Assembly (NCBI GenBank): GCA_963665095.1
Contig: OY762069.1
Location: forward strand, 5,920,001 to 5,984,000
Length of the DNA: 64,000 nt
From: an uncultured Desulfobacter sp.
GTDB lineage: Bacteria > Desulfobacterota > Desulfobacteria > Desulfobacterales > Desulfobacteraceae
Direction of reading: 5' to 3'
Part shown: positions 1 through 9,797 of the stretch, piece after piece
How the letters are laid out: each line of letters opens with the position of its first letter
Position numbering within the stretch: the first letter of the stretch is position 1
Position numbers and translations under genes: made by a program
The notes under the pieces: model-generated
What the model was told of the DNA's origin: nothing
The model's input: only the letters and a program-made list of their open reading frames with translations
The model's database searches: none

Positions 1-481
1 CGGCTGAAAGGGGTTGATTCCCTTTATTGGAAATGCCGTCCATTTTGATAAGTTTATCCAGCCTGCGTCTGCATTCCGTATACTCTTTTGCACCGAAAAC
101 CGAACACTGATTCATGGTGTTATGGTTAAATCCGACTTCCATAAGAATGCTGAATTTTTTCCTGTTTTTCCGGATAAAATCAAAATAGGCTTCAATATAG
201 GCGAAAAGCTGCCCCTGTTCGGCGCTGTGTTTTTTCATACACCTGATGGTATGTTCCCGAAGCTCTTCAAGGAGTGTCAGGCTGATTGCAGAAACAAGCT
301 CTTCCTTATTTTTAAAATAATAAAAAATGACCCCTTTGCTGAATTCCGCCTCCCTGGCAATGTTGGCCATGGTTGTCTGCTGGTAGCCGTTTTTGGAAAT
401 CATATCAATGGCAATGTCCAGGATCTGTTTTCGGCGGTGGCTTTCTATAAAACTCTGTTTTGTCTTTGTGGTTTCTTTCAT
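1..481 (-). CDS. TetR/AcrR family transcriptional regulator (3' end runs off the window)
   Basis: Manual translation from ATG at 481: MKETTKTKQSFIESHRRKQILDIAIDMISKNGYQQTTMANIAREAEFSKGVIFYYFKNKEEL, a TetR HTH. Missing from the ORF track because no stop lies in the window. Confidence 0.9.
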   Translation of the reverse strand, partial: MKETTKTKQSFIESHRRKQILDIAIDMISKNGYQQTTMANIAREAEFSKGVIFYYFKNKEELVSAISLTLLEELREHTIRCMKKHSAEQGQLFAYIEAYFDFIRKNRKKFSILMEVGFNHNTMNQCSVFGAKEYTECRRRLDKLIKMDGISNKGNQPLSA

Positions 482-628
482 TATTGTTATCACGGTGGTT
501 TGTCTTATAGCCTTTTTTTTGACCCCTGATAAATTTATAGATACGAATTAAAATATTGTCAAGACCTTGACCAAAGCGGATATAAGCAGGTTTGAAATAA
601 CAGGGAAAGATGATTTTCAAAAAAAGGC

Positions 629-673
629 TTGACAAATCTGACGCTCAGTCATAATTTTAACCAACGGTCAAAA
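629..673 (+). promoter_or_regulatory. Putative sigma70 promoter overlapped by candidate TetR operators
   Basis: TTGACA at 629-634 and TAATTT 17 nt downstream; inverted repeats TGAC-N5-GTCA (639-651) and TTTTAACC-AAC-GGTCAAAA (655-673) between the divergent TetR and CoA ligase genes. Confidence 0.5.
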
Positions 674-743
674 ATTAGTCTTTTGGTTTGCTGGTGTTCC
701 CGGCAAACCCGGCATGAATCAACCTGTTTGTGCGGGAGGCAAA

Positions 744-2351
744 ATGCAAACAAAACAATATTTATGGCAATACGTGGCGCACTGGGCCTGGGTGGACCCT
801 GACTTTATCGCGTTGCGTTCCGGTGGCACATCATACACATATGGTGAATTTGAAAAAATAACCGAAAATATGGCCACAGCATTGCTGGCAGCCGGTGTAG
901 GGCCAGGGTCTGTGATTGCCACAATTCTTCCCGCAAGTCCTGAATATGTTATGGCATTGATTGCGGCAGATAAAATCGGGGCGGTTATTACAGCTTTGGA
1001 TGTTAAGTACAAAACAGCAGACTTGAAACGGTTCATATCCCATGTCCGGCCAAAAGTAATTCTGTCTCTTACTGAAAACAAGGACTTTAACTTTGAAAAA
1101 AGCCTGTTGCAGATCACCCGGGAACTGGGGCTCCAGGATGAAATCACCTTGTATATGATTGGCGAAAATACGGTTCACCACGCCTTTGATTCCTTGTATC
1201 AGCCTGTTGCTGGCCAGCAGGCCCGGCTCAATGAGATTAAAGCGTCCCAGACACCGGATGACGGTCTTCTGGTTATATTTACCGGGGGAACCACAGGTGT
1301 GCCAAAATCAGCAATGCTTAACAAGGAAAACGTCCGGGCAATGGCTGAGGCGGAATCCCAAGTGATATCCGGAGCAATGAAAGAGTTCGGGATTAAAGAA
1401 AGAAATAAAAGCATTGCATGTCTTCCCCCAAGCCATGTGGGCGGTTCCGTTGAGATGATCTGCAGCGCCATTGTTGCCGGAAATGAGATAATCATCCATG
1501 ATGTCTGGAGCCCCAAACGGTTTCTTGCAACCATTGAGAAAGAACAAATTCCCTGGATCGGCGGGGTGCCCACGATGTATGCGATCATGCTTCTTTTACC
1601 GGAGCTTGCAAGCTTTGACCTCTCCTGCTTGAAACTTGCCATTTTGTCCGGGGAAAAGGTGGAACTTGAACTTCTCAAAAACATCCAGTCAAAAATCTGT
1701 CCCAATATCATGGTTGGATACGGAAGCACCGAGGCAGGTTCCGAAGTGACCTTTACCCGGCTTACTGATTCTTTTGAAGAAATTGCCAACGGATATGTCG
1801 GCTTTCCCCTGAAAGGTGCCGACATCCGGATTTCAGATGAAAACGGCAGGGTCCTGCCTGCCGGAGAAAAAGGAGAGGTGCAGGTTCGCGGAGAGCTGAC
1901 CATTAAATCCTATTTTAACATGCCAAATGAAGATGCGGCAGGTTTTACCCCGGACGGATACTGCAGGACCGGTGATTTAGGCCTGCTGAACAAGGAGGGA
2001 CAGCTTTATATCCTTGGGCGCCTTAAACATGTTATTCGGGTGGGCAGCTACACGGTAATGCCTTCCGAGGTTGAGGAAGTCGCCCTTGCCCATCCCACGG
2101 TCGGTGTGGCAGCAGCCATTGGTGTGCCAGATGATGTATACGGTGAAGTCGTATGGCTGGTTGTTTCGCCTGCTGCAGGCCAAAACCCGGATCCCCAAAA
2201 GCTTATTTGCCATTGTGAAAGCCGGCTGGCCAAATTTAAAGTCCCCCAAAAAGTAATTGTGGATCCGGATATCCCTGTGACCCGGATCGGCAAAGTTCAC
2301 CGTGTTGAAATCCAGAAACGCATCATTCATTTACTGAAAGGAAGTGCTTAA
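744..2351 (+). CDS. Acyl-CoA synthetase / AMP-binding CoA ligase
   Basis: FTGGTTGVPK, GYGSTE, RTGDLG and TRIGKV motifs; start chosen at ATG 744 after GGAGG. Confidence 0.9.
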   Translation: MQTKQYLWQYVAHWAWVDPDFIALRSGGTSYTYGEFEKITENMATALLAAGVGPGSVIATILPASPEYVMALIAADKIGAVITALDVKYKTADLKRFISHVRPKVILSLTENKDFNFEKSLLQITRELGLQDEITLYMIGENTVHHAFDSLYQPVAGQQARLNEIKASQTPDDGLLVIFTGGTTGVPKSAMLNKENVRAMAEAESQVISGAMKEFGIKERNKSIACLPPSHVGGSVEMICSAIVAGNEIIIHDVWSPKRFLATIEKEQIPWIGGVPTMYAIMLLLPELASFDLSCLKLAILSGEKVELELLKNIQSKICPNIMVGYGSTEAGSEVTFTRLTDSFEEIANGYVGFPLKGADIRISDENGRVLPAGEKGEVQVRGELTIKSYFNMPNEDAAGFTPDGYCRTGDLGLLNKEGQLYILGRLKHVIRVGSYTVMPSEVEEVALAHPTVGVAAAIGVPDDVYGEVVWLVVSPAAGQNPDPQKLICHCESRLAKFKVPQKVIVDPDIPVTRIGKVHRVEIQKRIIHLLKGSA

Positions 2352-3115
2352 TGTCTACACCTGTTCACTACCAGACCAAAGATGGTATTGGGACCATCAG
2401 CCTGGACAATCCGGAACACTCCAATCCCATTGATTTGAATACTCTTACGGATCTGGCCCGGGCCTTTCGAACCAGCAAGGAGCAAAAGGATGTATGTGTG
2501 ATCTACCGGGCTTCCGGAAAAAATTTCACCTATGGTGCCAATCTTAAGTTCACAAGCCAGCTTCTGACAAACCCGGATTTCAAAGCAGAAGCCACTTGTT
2601 TTCCCTGGGCCTGGCAGGAGGTGACCTCTGCCATGATGGCCCATCCGGGTATCGTTATTGTTGGATACCACGGCTGGGTGGTGGGCGGCGGATTTGAGCA
2701 TACCCTGGGAAGTGATTTGCGCATTGCAGCACAGGATACAAAAATATTGATGCCTGAGCTGGATATGGGCATTTTCTTTTCCAATGGTGCCACCAAGATA
2801 CTGCCGCTTCTGATCGGGGAGAGCCGGGCGAAACAGATGATGTTTCTCGGGGAGAAAATAACCGCGCAGACGGCTTTACAGTTCGGTCTGGTCACAGAGG
2901 TCTGCGAGCCCGAAGTCCTTGATGACCGGTTGCTTTTTTATGCACATAAGCTTGTGGCAAAGGAACCGTATGCGTTACAGCTTGCCAAAAAGTTTGTTCA
3001 CAAATCCAGGACAGATACCCTGGACGGCGCTCTTTACGATGAGGGGTGTGCCATGGTGACTACGGGCAGGTCCGATGCTGTTAAAGAAAGGATTCAGGCC
3101 TTTCTGGATAAATAG
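2351..3115 (+). CDS. Enoyl-CoA hydratase/isomerase (crotonase family)
   Basis: FTYGANL, VGGGFE...SDLRIA and MPELDMG motifs; TAATG overlap with the ligase. Confidence 0.9.
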   Translation: MSTPVHYQTKDGIGTISLDNPEHSNPIDLNTLTDLARAFRTSKEQKDVCVIYRASGKNFTYGANLKFTSQLLTNPDFKAEATCFPWAWQEVTSAMMAHPGIVIVGYHGWVVGGGFEHTLGSDLRIAAQDTKILMPELDMGIFFSNGATKILPLLIGESRAKQMMFLGEKITAQTALQFGLVTEVCEPEVLDDRLLFYAHKLVAKEPYALQLAKKFVHKSRTDTLDGALYDEGCAMVTTGRSDAVKERIQAFLDK

Positions 3116-3288
3116 TGTTTAAACGGATTACAAAAGGGTGCATGCCCTCTGTGATCCGTCCAGGTACAGGCTTTCAGCCCGGCTATTTTAAAAAAATTTA
3201 AGCACCTAAGGTAGAAAAACGTTGTGAAATATCCGGGTTCGCCCCCCCGCCTTAAAAAAAATCATTTGAAAAAGAAAGGAGAAACAGC

Positions 3289-4641
3289 ATGTCGGAACGC
3301 CTTGAGAGATCCATTTCCCTTACCGGAGCTGTGGGACTGATTGTCGGCTTTGTTGTGGGCGGATCTATTTTTGTTCTTATCCCAAGCCTTGCAGGCATGA
3401 CCGGGCCAAGCCTTTACCTTGCGTATGCCCTGTCAGCCGTGCCTGCGATTTTTGCCTCCCTTTATCTGATTCAGCTTGGAGCGGCACTGCCGGTAACAGG
3501 GGCAAACTATATTGCCATTACCCGCTGGGTTTCCCCCATGGCGGGGTTCACCTCGTCACTTGCGGTCTGTATTGGAATCATATGCACAAATTGCCTTGTG
3601 GCATGGGGATTTGCTCAATATCTGGCCGTATTTTTCCCCCAGGTGCCACCCATTATATATGCTGTGCTGGTTATTGTTTTTCTTTCCTGGATCAACTGGC
3701 TGGGAGTAACGGTGTTTGAAAAAATCCAGATCGTCATGATGGTGCTTTTTATCCTGGCAATGCTTATCTTTGGAATTGGCGGATGGCTTAATATGGACCC
3801 GGGCCTTCACTCAGACCTGTTTCCCAAAGGCATGCAGGGGTTTGTTACGGTTGTGGCCATTGCCTCGTTTTCATGGGGGGGCGTTCTCTCCATTGTGGAG
3901 GTGGCAGGGGAAGTCAGGAACCCTAAAACCAATATCCCCCGAAGCATCATTATCTCCATGATCGTGATCGGCTCCTTGTACGTGCTGCAGACCTATGCGC
4001 TCACAGGCAACCTTTTATGGAGTGATGCCGCAGCCCTTGGCGCCACAGCCATACTGACCGCTGCAGGAACCTTTTTACCCCAATGGGGGGTTAATTTTCT
4101 TGCCATGGGAGCATTGCTGGCCATGGCAACCACTGTAAATGCAATGATTCTCATGGGTGCCCGGGAGATTTTTGCCTGGAGTAACGACAAGCTGATTCCG
4201 GACGTATTCAAGCGGATACACCCAAAATACAAAACGCCGGAGATAACCATCCTGCTGATTGCCGTGCTTTCGATTGTCGGGGTGTTGTTTTCTGCCGATC
4301 TCGAAAAATATGCCCTTATGGTTGTGTTCGGTCTTATGGTGGTCCAGCTGCTTGGCGCCTTTGCCGTATTTCGCATGCCCGCAAGAGCCCCGGAAATTTT
4401 TGCTGCTGCCGGCATAAGGTTTTCAGCTTTCTGGCGATGGTTTACCTGGATCGGCTGTCTGATTTTCTTTGTGGGTATTTTTGTGTTTGGATTTCTGGCT
4501 GATTATGTAACAGGGCTTGTTTTTATAGGGATCTGGTCTGTTTCCATTCTATATTGGTTCATACGAAAAAAATATCTGGCAGGAAAAGGAATCGATATTG
4601 CCGATATGCCCATGCTGAAGGATGTCATTGGGGAGACCTGA
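3289..4641 (+). CDS. APC family amino acid/amine permease
   Basis: About 12 hydrophobic segments; VGGSIF, AGEVRNPKTNIPRSII and HPKYKTP motifs; AAGGAG RBS. Confidence 0.9.
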   Translation: MSERLERSISLTGAVGLIVGFVVGGSIFVLIPSLAGMTGPSLYLAYALSAVPAIFASLYLIQLGAALPVTGANYIAITRWVSPMAGFTSSLAVCIGIICTNCLVAWGFAQYLAVFFPQVPPIIYAVLVIVFLSWINWLGVTVFEKIQIVMMVLFILAMLIFGIGGWLNMDPGLHSDLFPKGMQGFVTVVAIASFSWGGVLSIVEVAGEVRNPKTNIPRSIIISMIVIGSLYVLQTYALTGNLLWSDAAALGATAILTAAGTFLPQWGVNFLAMGALLAMATTVNAMILMGAREIFAWSNDKLIPDVFKRIHPKYKTPEITILLIAVLSIVGVLFSADLEKYALMVVFGLMVVQLLGAFAVFRMPARAPEIFAAAGIRFSAFWRWFTWIGCLIFFVGIFVFGFLADYVTGLVFIGIWSVSILYWFIRKKYLAGKGIDIADMPMLKDVIGET

Positions 4642-4774
4642 GGTTGCTCAGCCCGGTATGAATCCGGTCAAGCCCGTTTCCGATCCGCCGGACCTGGAGA
4701 ATAAAGGAGGATGAGTTATTCCGGGCATCTAAGGGGAATTGGTCAAATTTTCCTTTTCCCCCATGACACCCAGT

Positions 4775-5205
4775 TGGGCCAGGTCAGGATGTCCGGTAAT
4801 GCGATCAAAAAATTAAAAGATGATGATGCCCATCAAATGTTTGATTCAAACCAGGCATTCATGGCGGCGCTCAAGATTCAGGCCATTGGTAATCTGAGTA
4901 GTACCATAAAAGAAATTGAACGTAAGGTGCTTTCCCAGGTTAAAATGAGAGAAGCCTTTGAATTGCTTCAAACCATACCTGGAATCGGTAATATTCTTGG
5001 GCTGACGATTATGCTGGAGGTCGGAGATATCTCCAGATTCGTCAAGGTTGGCTGCTATTCATCGGCTGAATATATGTAGAAGCCGCAAATTTTGCAAAAA
5101 GGTTCTGCCCGGAAGCAAGGACGTTTTTCCTGCGCAAAAATGCTCAACGAAACGGTATCGTTGCCACCAAAGCGCTGGGCAACAAAATTTGCCGTTCTTG
5201 AATTA
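4775..5205 (+). pseudogene. IS110 family transposase remnant
   Basis: LLQTIPGIGNILGLTIMLEVGDISRF, then after a frame break/internal deletion EAANFAKRFCPEARTFFLRKNAQRNGIVATKALGNKICRS; the N-terminal RuvC-like domain is absent. Confidence 0.8.
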
Positions 5206-5240
5206 TTTATACGTTATTGATGACGCATATTTTTTTGCGT

Positions 5241-5647
5241 TTAAAGTCCTTCAAGATATGGAGCGATGATTTTTTGCTCGTTAGGACGGATGGATCTCCA
5301 GAAAAAAGAGAACAGGGTTTTGTCAGTCAGCTTTCTGTCCGAATTGAGATGGGCCACCCGGATGGGTTCGCCTATTTCCACCCAAGGGTTTTGTGTATAT
5401 CAAGGTCATACTCTTTGGACAGTTTCTGGGCAAAGTTATGGATGTAGTTCTCCAAAGCTGTGTTCATCTGTCCGTCCGTTTTGATCCCTTTCATGATTAC
5501 AGCCCGGGTAAAAAGAAACTGTACCCCTTTGGAGGAGCTGTCAAATTCAACAATTCTAACCCGGTACGCGCCAGGCCACCACGTTATAGGAGGCGTGCCA
5601 TCATGGCTATTTCCGTCCTACCTCTAGGTGAAATCATGCAGTATCAT
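5241..5647 (-). pseudogene. Degraded hypothetical protein
   Basis: Manual translation MILHDFT*R*DGNSHDGTPPITWWPGAYRVRIVEFDSSSKGVQFLFTRAVIMKG...LENYIHNFAQKLSKEYDLDIHKTL, frameshift, WVEIGEPIRVAHL...FWRSIRPNEQKIIAPYLEGL*; two in-frame TAG and one frameshift. Confidence 0.6.
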
Positions 5648-5729
5648 AAGATGACGTATCCTATTTCTGGATTGCAGGCATAAGTTTACTGGATAAACGG
5701 ATCAGCGGCCTGTCTGCAGGTTAGGGCAA

Positions 5730-6224
5730 AGCAAGCGGGGTGTCTTCGGATTCAGTGGCAACCAGTGCGATCGTCAGTTATGGGTGGGCTGTATATGGCA
5801 TAATGGCATCTCAACCCTTTGTAACGCTTGCAACCGGGCATCCGGGACGGTTTTTCTGCTAGTTACCTTTTTTGCCATTCGTTCAGGGCGCCGGATCAGG
5901 GAAATTAAAGTGGCCCCCATCTGGTTATTTGTCCTGATTCTGGCATTCATTTTAAAAAAGGAGATTGGGCTTGTCCTCATTCTGCCTATCAACATTCTTG
6001 TGTCAAATGTCCCTCAGCTAAACGTTGCCTTTAAAGAAGACAACCTGAGTGATTTATCCCTGGGTACCTGGCTTTTATCGATTTCAGATGGGCTTGTATG
6101 GGGGGCCTATTCTATAATTGAGCAAGATACCGCCATTATGATTTTTGGAGTTTTTCAGCTGATTACAAGCAGTGCCATTGTCCTTTTAAAGATCATTAAA
6201 AGAAAGAATATAAAGATAGTATGA
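5730..6224 (+). pseudogene. Frameshifted, 5'-truncated double PQ-loop (SWEET-like) membrane protein
   Basis: ASGVSSDSVATSAIVSYGWAVYGIMASQPFVTLATG shifts frame near 5838 into ASGTVFLLV...VPQLNVAFKEDNLSDLSLGTWLLSISDGLVWGAYS (PQ-loop repeat). Confidence 0.55.
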
Positions 6225-6359
6225 TTGTTCCAGGATGCTCCAGAATCCTGTAAGGCAGAAATCCGTCAGGCTGACGAAAGGTAGACCATTGATTTCGCGT
6301 CAAACTATGAAAGTGGAGGGGTGCCCGTTGGTCCAAATCGGACAACCCCTTTTAGAAAA

Positions 6360-6881
6360 TCAGCACTTAGACTGATTGCTTTGGCATTCAAATTCTCTTT
6401 TTCTTTCCGAAAGCCGTAATTTCCTCCTGGCCGTGGCTTCCTTGAGGCGGCGTTTTTCTTCCTGTGTTTCAGGCATCAGCGGGGTTACTTCACTTGGCCG
6501 CTGGTCATCACCCAATGCCACAAAAGTAAGATAAGCAGATGCCAGATGAGTAATCTTCCCTGTTATAAGATCCTCTGTTTCCACTCGTGCCCCGATCTCC
6601 ATGGAGGTCTTCCCCGTCATGTTTACAGCTGCTTTGACCGTGACAAGGTTGCCGATAAAAGCAGGTTTATGAAAATCCAGCCGGTCAATGGAAGCTGTGA
6701 CGCAGATCTTGCGGGTATGGCGGATAGCAGCAACGCCTGCCGCATTATCTATCTCTTTCATAATGACACCGCCGTGTACAATGCCGGCAGGGTTGGCGTC
6801 TTCAGGCAGCATAACCCTTGAGATAAGAACGGATGAATCAGATGCAGATTTACAGACAGGTTCATATTGATTGTCGGACAT
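6360..6881 (-). CDS. Acyl-CoA thioesterase (hotdog fold, YciA-like)
   Basis: PEDANPAGIVHGGVIMKEID, TASIDRLDF and GKTSMEIG motifs. Confidence 0.92.
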   Translation of the reverse strand: MSDNQYEPVCKSASDSSVLISRVMLPEDANPAGIVHGGVIMKEIDNAAGVAAIRHTRKICVTASIDRLDFHKPAFIGNLVTVKAAVNMTGKTSMEIGARVETEDLITGKITHLASAYLTFVALGDDQRPSEVTPLMPETQEEKRRLKEATARRKLRLSERKREFECQSNQSKC

Positions 6882-7451
6882 GGTTTTTTCCTGTAATAGA
6901 TATTGTTTTTTTAATGGCCCGGCCTGTCTCTCGGTGTTGGTTTGTCAGGCAAGAAAGATTCCAAATGTCTAAAAGTAAAGCAAGCCAGAATTGTACCATT
7001 TAATTGAATTTGCTGCTATCAAAATAGGAAACATGCTTTTTTGCAATGGGTCGGCATGATGAGTCCGGCGCGAAAAATTGGAGCACAACCCGAGGAGATA
7101 AAAATATTGATTTTTTATCCGTATAATATCCTTATTTTTTCATTATTCCCGTGATGATGAAACTATGTTTAAATTACTTTATTCAACATAAGTCTATTTT
7201 TATGTTGGGCTTTTTGTAGCCAGTTTTACCCTGCTGAAACCTGAATTCTGAAACCAAAATATATTGGATTGGGCGCTTTTATTCATTAAGCTCCTGATTT
7301 TTCAAAAATACGTAAAAATCTATTTAATACCGGAAAAGAGTTGAATAGCCGAGATTCAATTTATAGAGCATAAACCTGACTTTTAAGGAAACGGGAAAAG
7401 CAATTTGTTATTCCCGGTTTTAGAGGAATCGGTAAAAACCGTAGGACCGTT

Positions 7452-7493
7452 AAAACTAACAGCGGCTGTGCCAACCGGTACCAGCCGCTGTTA
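7452..7493 (-). terminator. Probable intrinsic terminator of the larA operon
   Basis: TAACAGCGGCTG...CAGCCGCTGTTA 12-bp stem followed by GTTTT on the minus strand. Confidence 0.6.
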
Positions 7494-7557
7494 ATTTTGT
7501 CTGTCATCTGTAACGCTTTAAACATTAGGATCTGATTGGGAAGCGCGCCAGTCACTT

Positions 7558-8802
7558 TTATCCGACAAGGGGTACGGTAAGTCCGCCGTCCATGAGGAAC
7601 AGCACAGACGCCTGGTCTCCTTTTTCTTCCAGTGCCTGGTCAAGGGCGGTCTGGAGATCGGAAAACGGTTTGATAAACAGTTTTGAAATGACGTCGGGCT
7701 CTACATCGGTAACTGCCCACATCTGGGCCCACAAGCCGATTTCCGCCATTTTGGCCGCCTTGTGGTAGCCCAGAACGTAGCCCTGCTCGATTTTATCCAG
7801 GGCGGCTTTGGGGGTGTCGCAGGAGCCTAAAAGATCGGCAAAGGCTTTGCCGCCAATGCCGCAGCGGCATTTGGCCACAAGGATCATGATGCCGTTTTCC
7901 TTGAGGGCCAGTTTGGCGTTGTCGATGCCTTTCTGGGCCTGGTACAGATCAATGTCCTGGGGAAATTTTACCACAGATACTACGATGTCGGCCTTTTTAT
8001 CCAGTTTGGCTGCAAAGACCTCATTGGCCTTGTCAATGGCTGCGTGAAAGGAGTCGTGGATATGTCCGCAGCAGGTGGCATAGACCTTGTGGTGCTTGTC
8101 CAGCACTGTCATGATGGAAAAGATTTCCTGCTTCACCGTTTTGATGGCATCCATCATGTCTTCATGTACCGGGTTGCCTTCCAGGGCCAAAGCGCACGCC
8201 TCAGGAACCAGGGCTAATTTGTGGTTCTGCTCAATGGTTTTGTATCCGGCAATACCCGGCAGGAATGATTTGCGGCCACCGGTGTATCCGGCAAAATAGT
8301 GGGGCTCCACGGATGAGATGATGATAAATTTATCTGCTTCAACCCCTGCCTTGTTGACATACATTTCCGTGCCGTTGGAGGATTTGCCGATGAGGACCTG
8401 GTCCTCTTCAACCCTTGCATCATGGACAATGATATTGTTTTTTACCTTGTCGTAGTAAGAGCCAAAAATCTGGATATACTCTTCCTCACTTGGGCCTCTG
8501 TGGGCACCGGTGGCGATGATGAAGTTATAGTTGACCCGGCTTAAATCATCAAAAATGAACTCCAGCACCTTTTTCGTCGGTGTGGGGCGTGTGGCGTCGT
8601 TGACAATGACCAGAACATTTTTGGCATCGCCCAGAAACTCTTTAAAGTCTCTGGCGTTGATGGGATTGGCAATGCCGTCTGCAATGCACTTGTCTTCATC
8701 ACCGATCTCCACGTCGTTGGCTTCCAGAAAATTGACCGCCAGTTTATCGTCCACGTCTACAGACATGGATCCGTCCTTTCCGTAAGGGACAGTTATTTTC
8801 AT
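7558..8802 (-). CDS. larA: Nickel-pincer-dependent lactate racemase family protein
   Basis: VNDATRPTP, ATGAHRG, EPHYFAGYTGGRKSFLPG, LEGNPVHEDM and DLYQAQKG motifs. Confidence 0.88.
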   Translation of the reverse strand: MKITVPYGKDGSMSVDVDDKLAVNFLEANDVEIGDEDKCIADGIANPINARDFKEFLGDAKNVLVIVNDATRPTPTKKVLEFIFDDLSRVNYNFIIATGAHRGPSEEEYIQIFGSYYDKVKNNIIVHDARVEEDQVLIGKSSNGTEMYVNKAGVEADKFIIISSVEPHYFAGYTGGRKSFLPGIAGYKTIEQNHKLALVPEACALALEGNPVHEDMMDAIKTVKQEIFSIMTVLDKHHKVYATCCGHIHDSFHAAIDKANEVFAAKLDKKADIVVSVVKFPQDIDLYQAQKGIDNAKLALKENGIMILVAKCRCGIGGKAFADLLGSCDTPKAALDKIEQGYVLGYHKAAKMAEIGLWAQMWAVTDVEPDVISKLFIKPFSDLQTALDQALEEKGDQASVLFLMDGGLTVPLVG

Positions 8803-8823
8803 TAATTTCTCCTTATATAGTGT

Positions 8824-9774
8824 CTACCTTATAGGACCCATCTGGTTGAGTTTCTCAATAAAGGTGTCAATTTCTGCCTGGAACAGGGTTTTGTCTCCGG
8901 CCGGGATCTGAACCAGGTGGATACGTTCGGGGTCAATGTCCAGTTTTTCAAAGGTGGCCTTCATTTTTGCCACCCGCTTTTTGGCCTTTTCATTGCCCTC
9001 ATGCTGGCACTCGCCATCCGGACAGCAGGCCACCAGTATCCCCCAGGCACCGTTGCTGAACGGGGTCATGAGAAGCTTGGAATCCAGCCGGCCTCCGCAC
9101 ATGTTTACCAGAATTTCATAGTCCTTGTCATGGGTTTCTGATTCCGGCAGTCTTGAAGATTGAAGGTCCGGGTAATAGGACCAGTTACAGGCAAATACAA
9201 TGGCTTTGGCAGAGGCATGGGTGGCAAGAAACTGGGCTGCTTTTTCATCGAGTTCTTCCTTTGAAGTACCGAAGGTTTTGGGGATGACAGCTGCCTCAAT
9301 GGGACAGATCTCCACACAGATCCCGCAGGACTGACACTTCACCGGATCCACCACGATGCCGTCTCCCTCCACAAAAGAGCGGGCCTCGTGGGGACAGGCC
9401 CGGACGCACATCAGGCATCTGGCACAGGACAGCTCTGTGACCGAGGTGGTGCCGGGTCCTTTAAAGCCCATCTCCACCAGGTCTCTTCTGGCGTCCTGGA
9501 AAATTTCGGTCAATTGCACCCCGGAGGAACAGGCTGCTTCACACCGCTTGCAGAAAAAACAGTTGAACAGTTTCTCCGCCGCTTCAGCAGTGGGTTCCAC
9601 ATTGCCGCTTAAAAGGCCGAAGGCCGTGATGATTTTTGCCCTGGGGGCATCTGTCTCCCACCGGGTGTATTTAAACATGGGGCAGTGCTCGTAACAATAG
9701 CCGCAGCGGATGCAGCTGGCCAGGGTGGTTTCCCATTTTTTCAGATTTTCAAAATTTTTCGTTTCTGTCTGCAT
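8824..9774 (-). CDS. Fe-S protein: GlcF/HdrC-like dicluster + 2x[4Fe-4S] ferredoxin + C-terminal MvhD/FlpD domain
   Basis: Four CxxCxxCxxxC motifs; C-terminal FACNW, MCGGRLD, GILVACCPDGECQHEGN and IDPERI match the MvhD pattern. Confidence 0.85.
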   Translation of the reverse strand: MQTETKNFENLKKWETTLASCIRCGYCYEHCPMFKYTRWETDAPRAKIITAFGLLSGNVEPTAEAAEKLFNCFFCKRCEAACSSGVQLTEIFQDARRDLVEMGFKGPGTTSVTELSCARCLMCVRACPHEARSFVEGDGIVVDPVKCQSCGICVEICPIEAAVIPKTFGTSKEELDEKAAQFLATHASAKAIVFACNWSYYPDLQSSRLPESETHDKDYEILVNMCGGRLDSKLLMTPFSNGAWGILVACCPDGECQHEGNEKAKKRVAKMKATFEKLDIDPERIHLVQIPAGDKTLFQAEIDTFIEKLNQMGPIR

Positions 9775-9797
9775 AACAAAATTCCCTGTTATCTTAT

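Noticed and set aside
14..529. 171-aa plus-strand ORF
   Set aside because: Antisense shadow of the minus-strand TetR gene.
4650..5240. Bridge RNA of the IS110 element
   Set aside because: The element is a fragment; no ends or non-coding region could be identified.
5618..5626. Two in-frame TAG codons as possible pyrrolysine/readthrough
   Set aside because: Simple single-base lesions of Tyr/Trp-type codons explain them, and the same gene is frameshifted.
7184..7207. Inverted repeat CAACATAA-N8-TTATGTTG
   Set aside because: AT-rich context, single copy and no assignable regulator.
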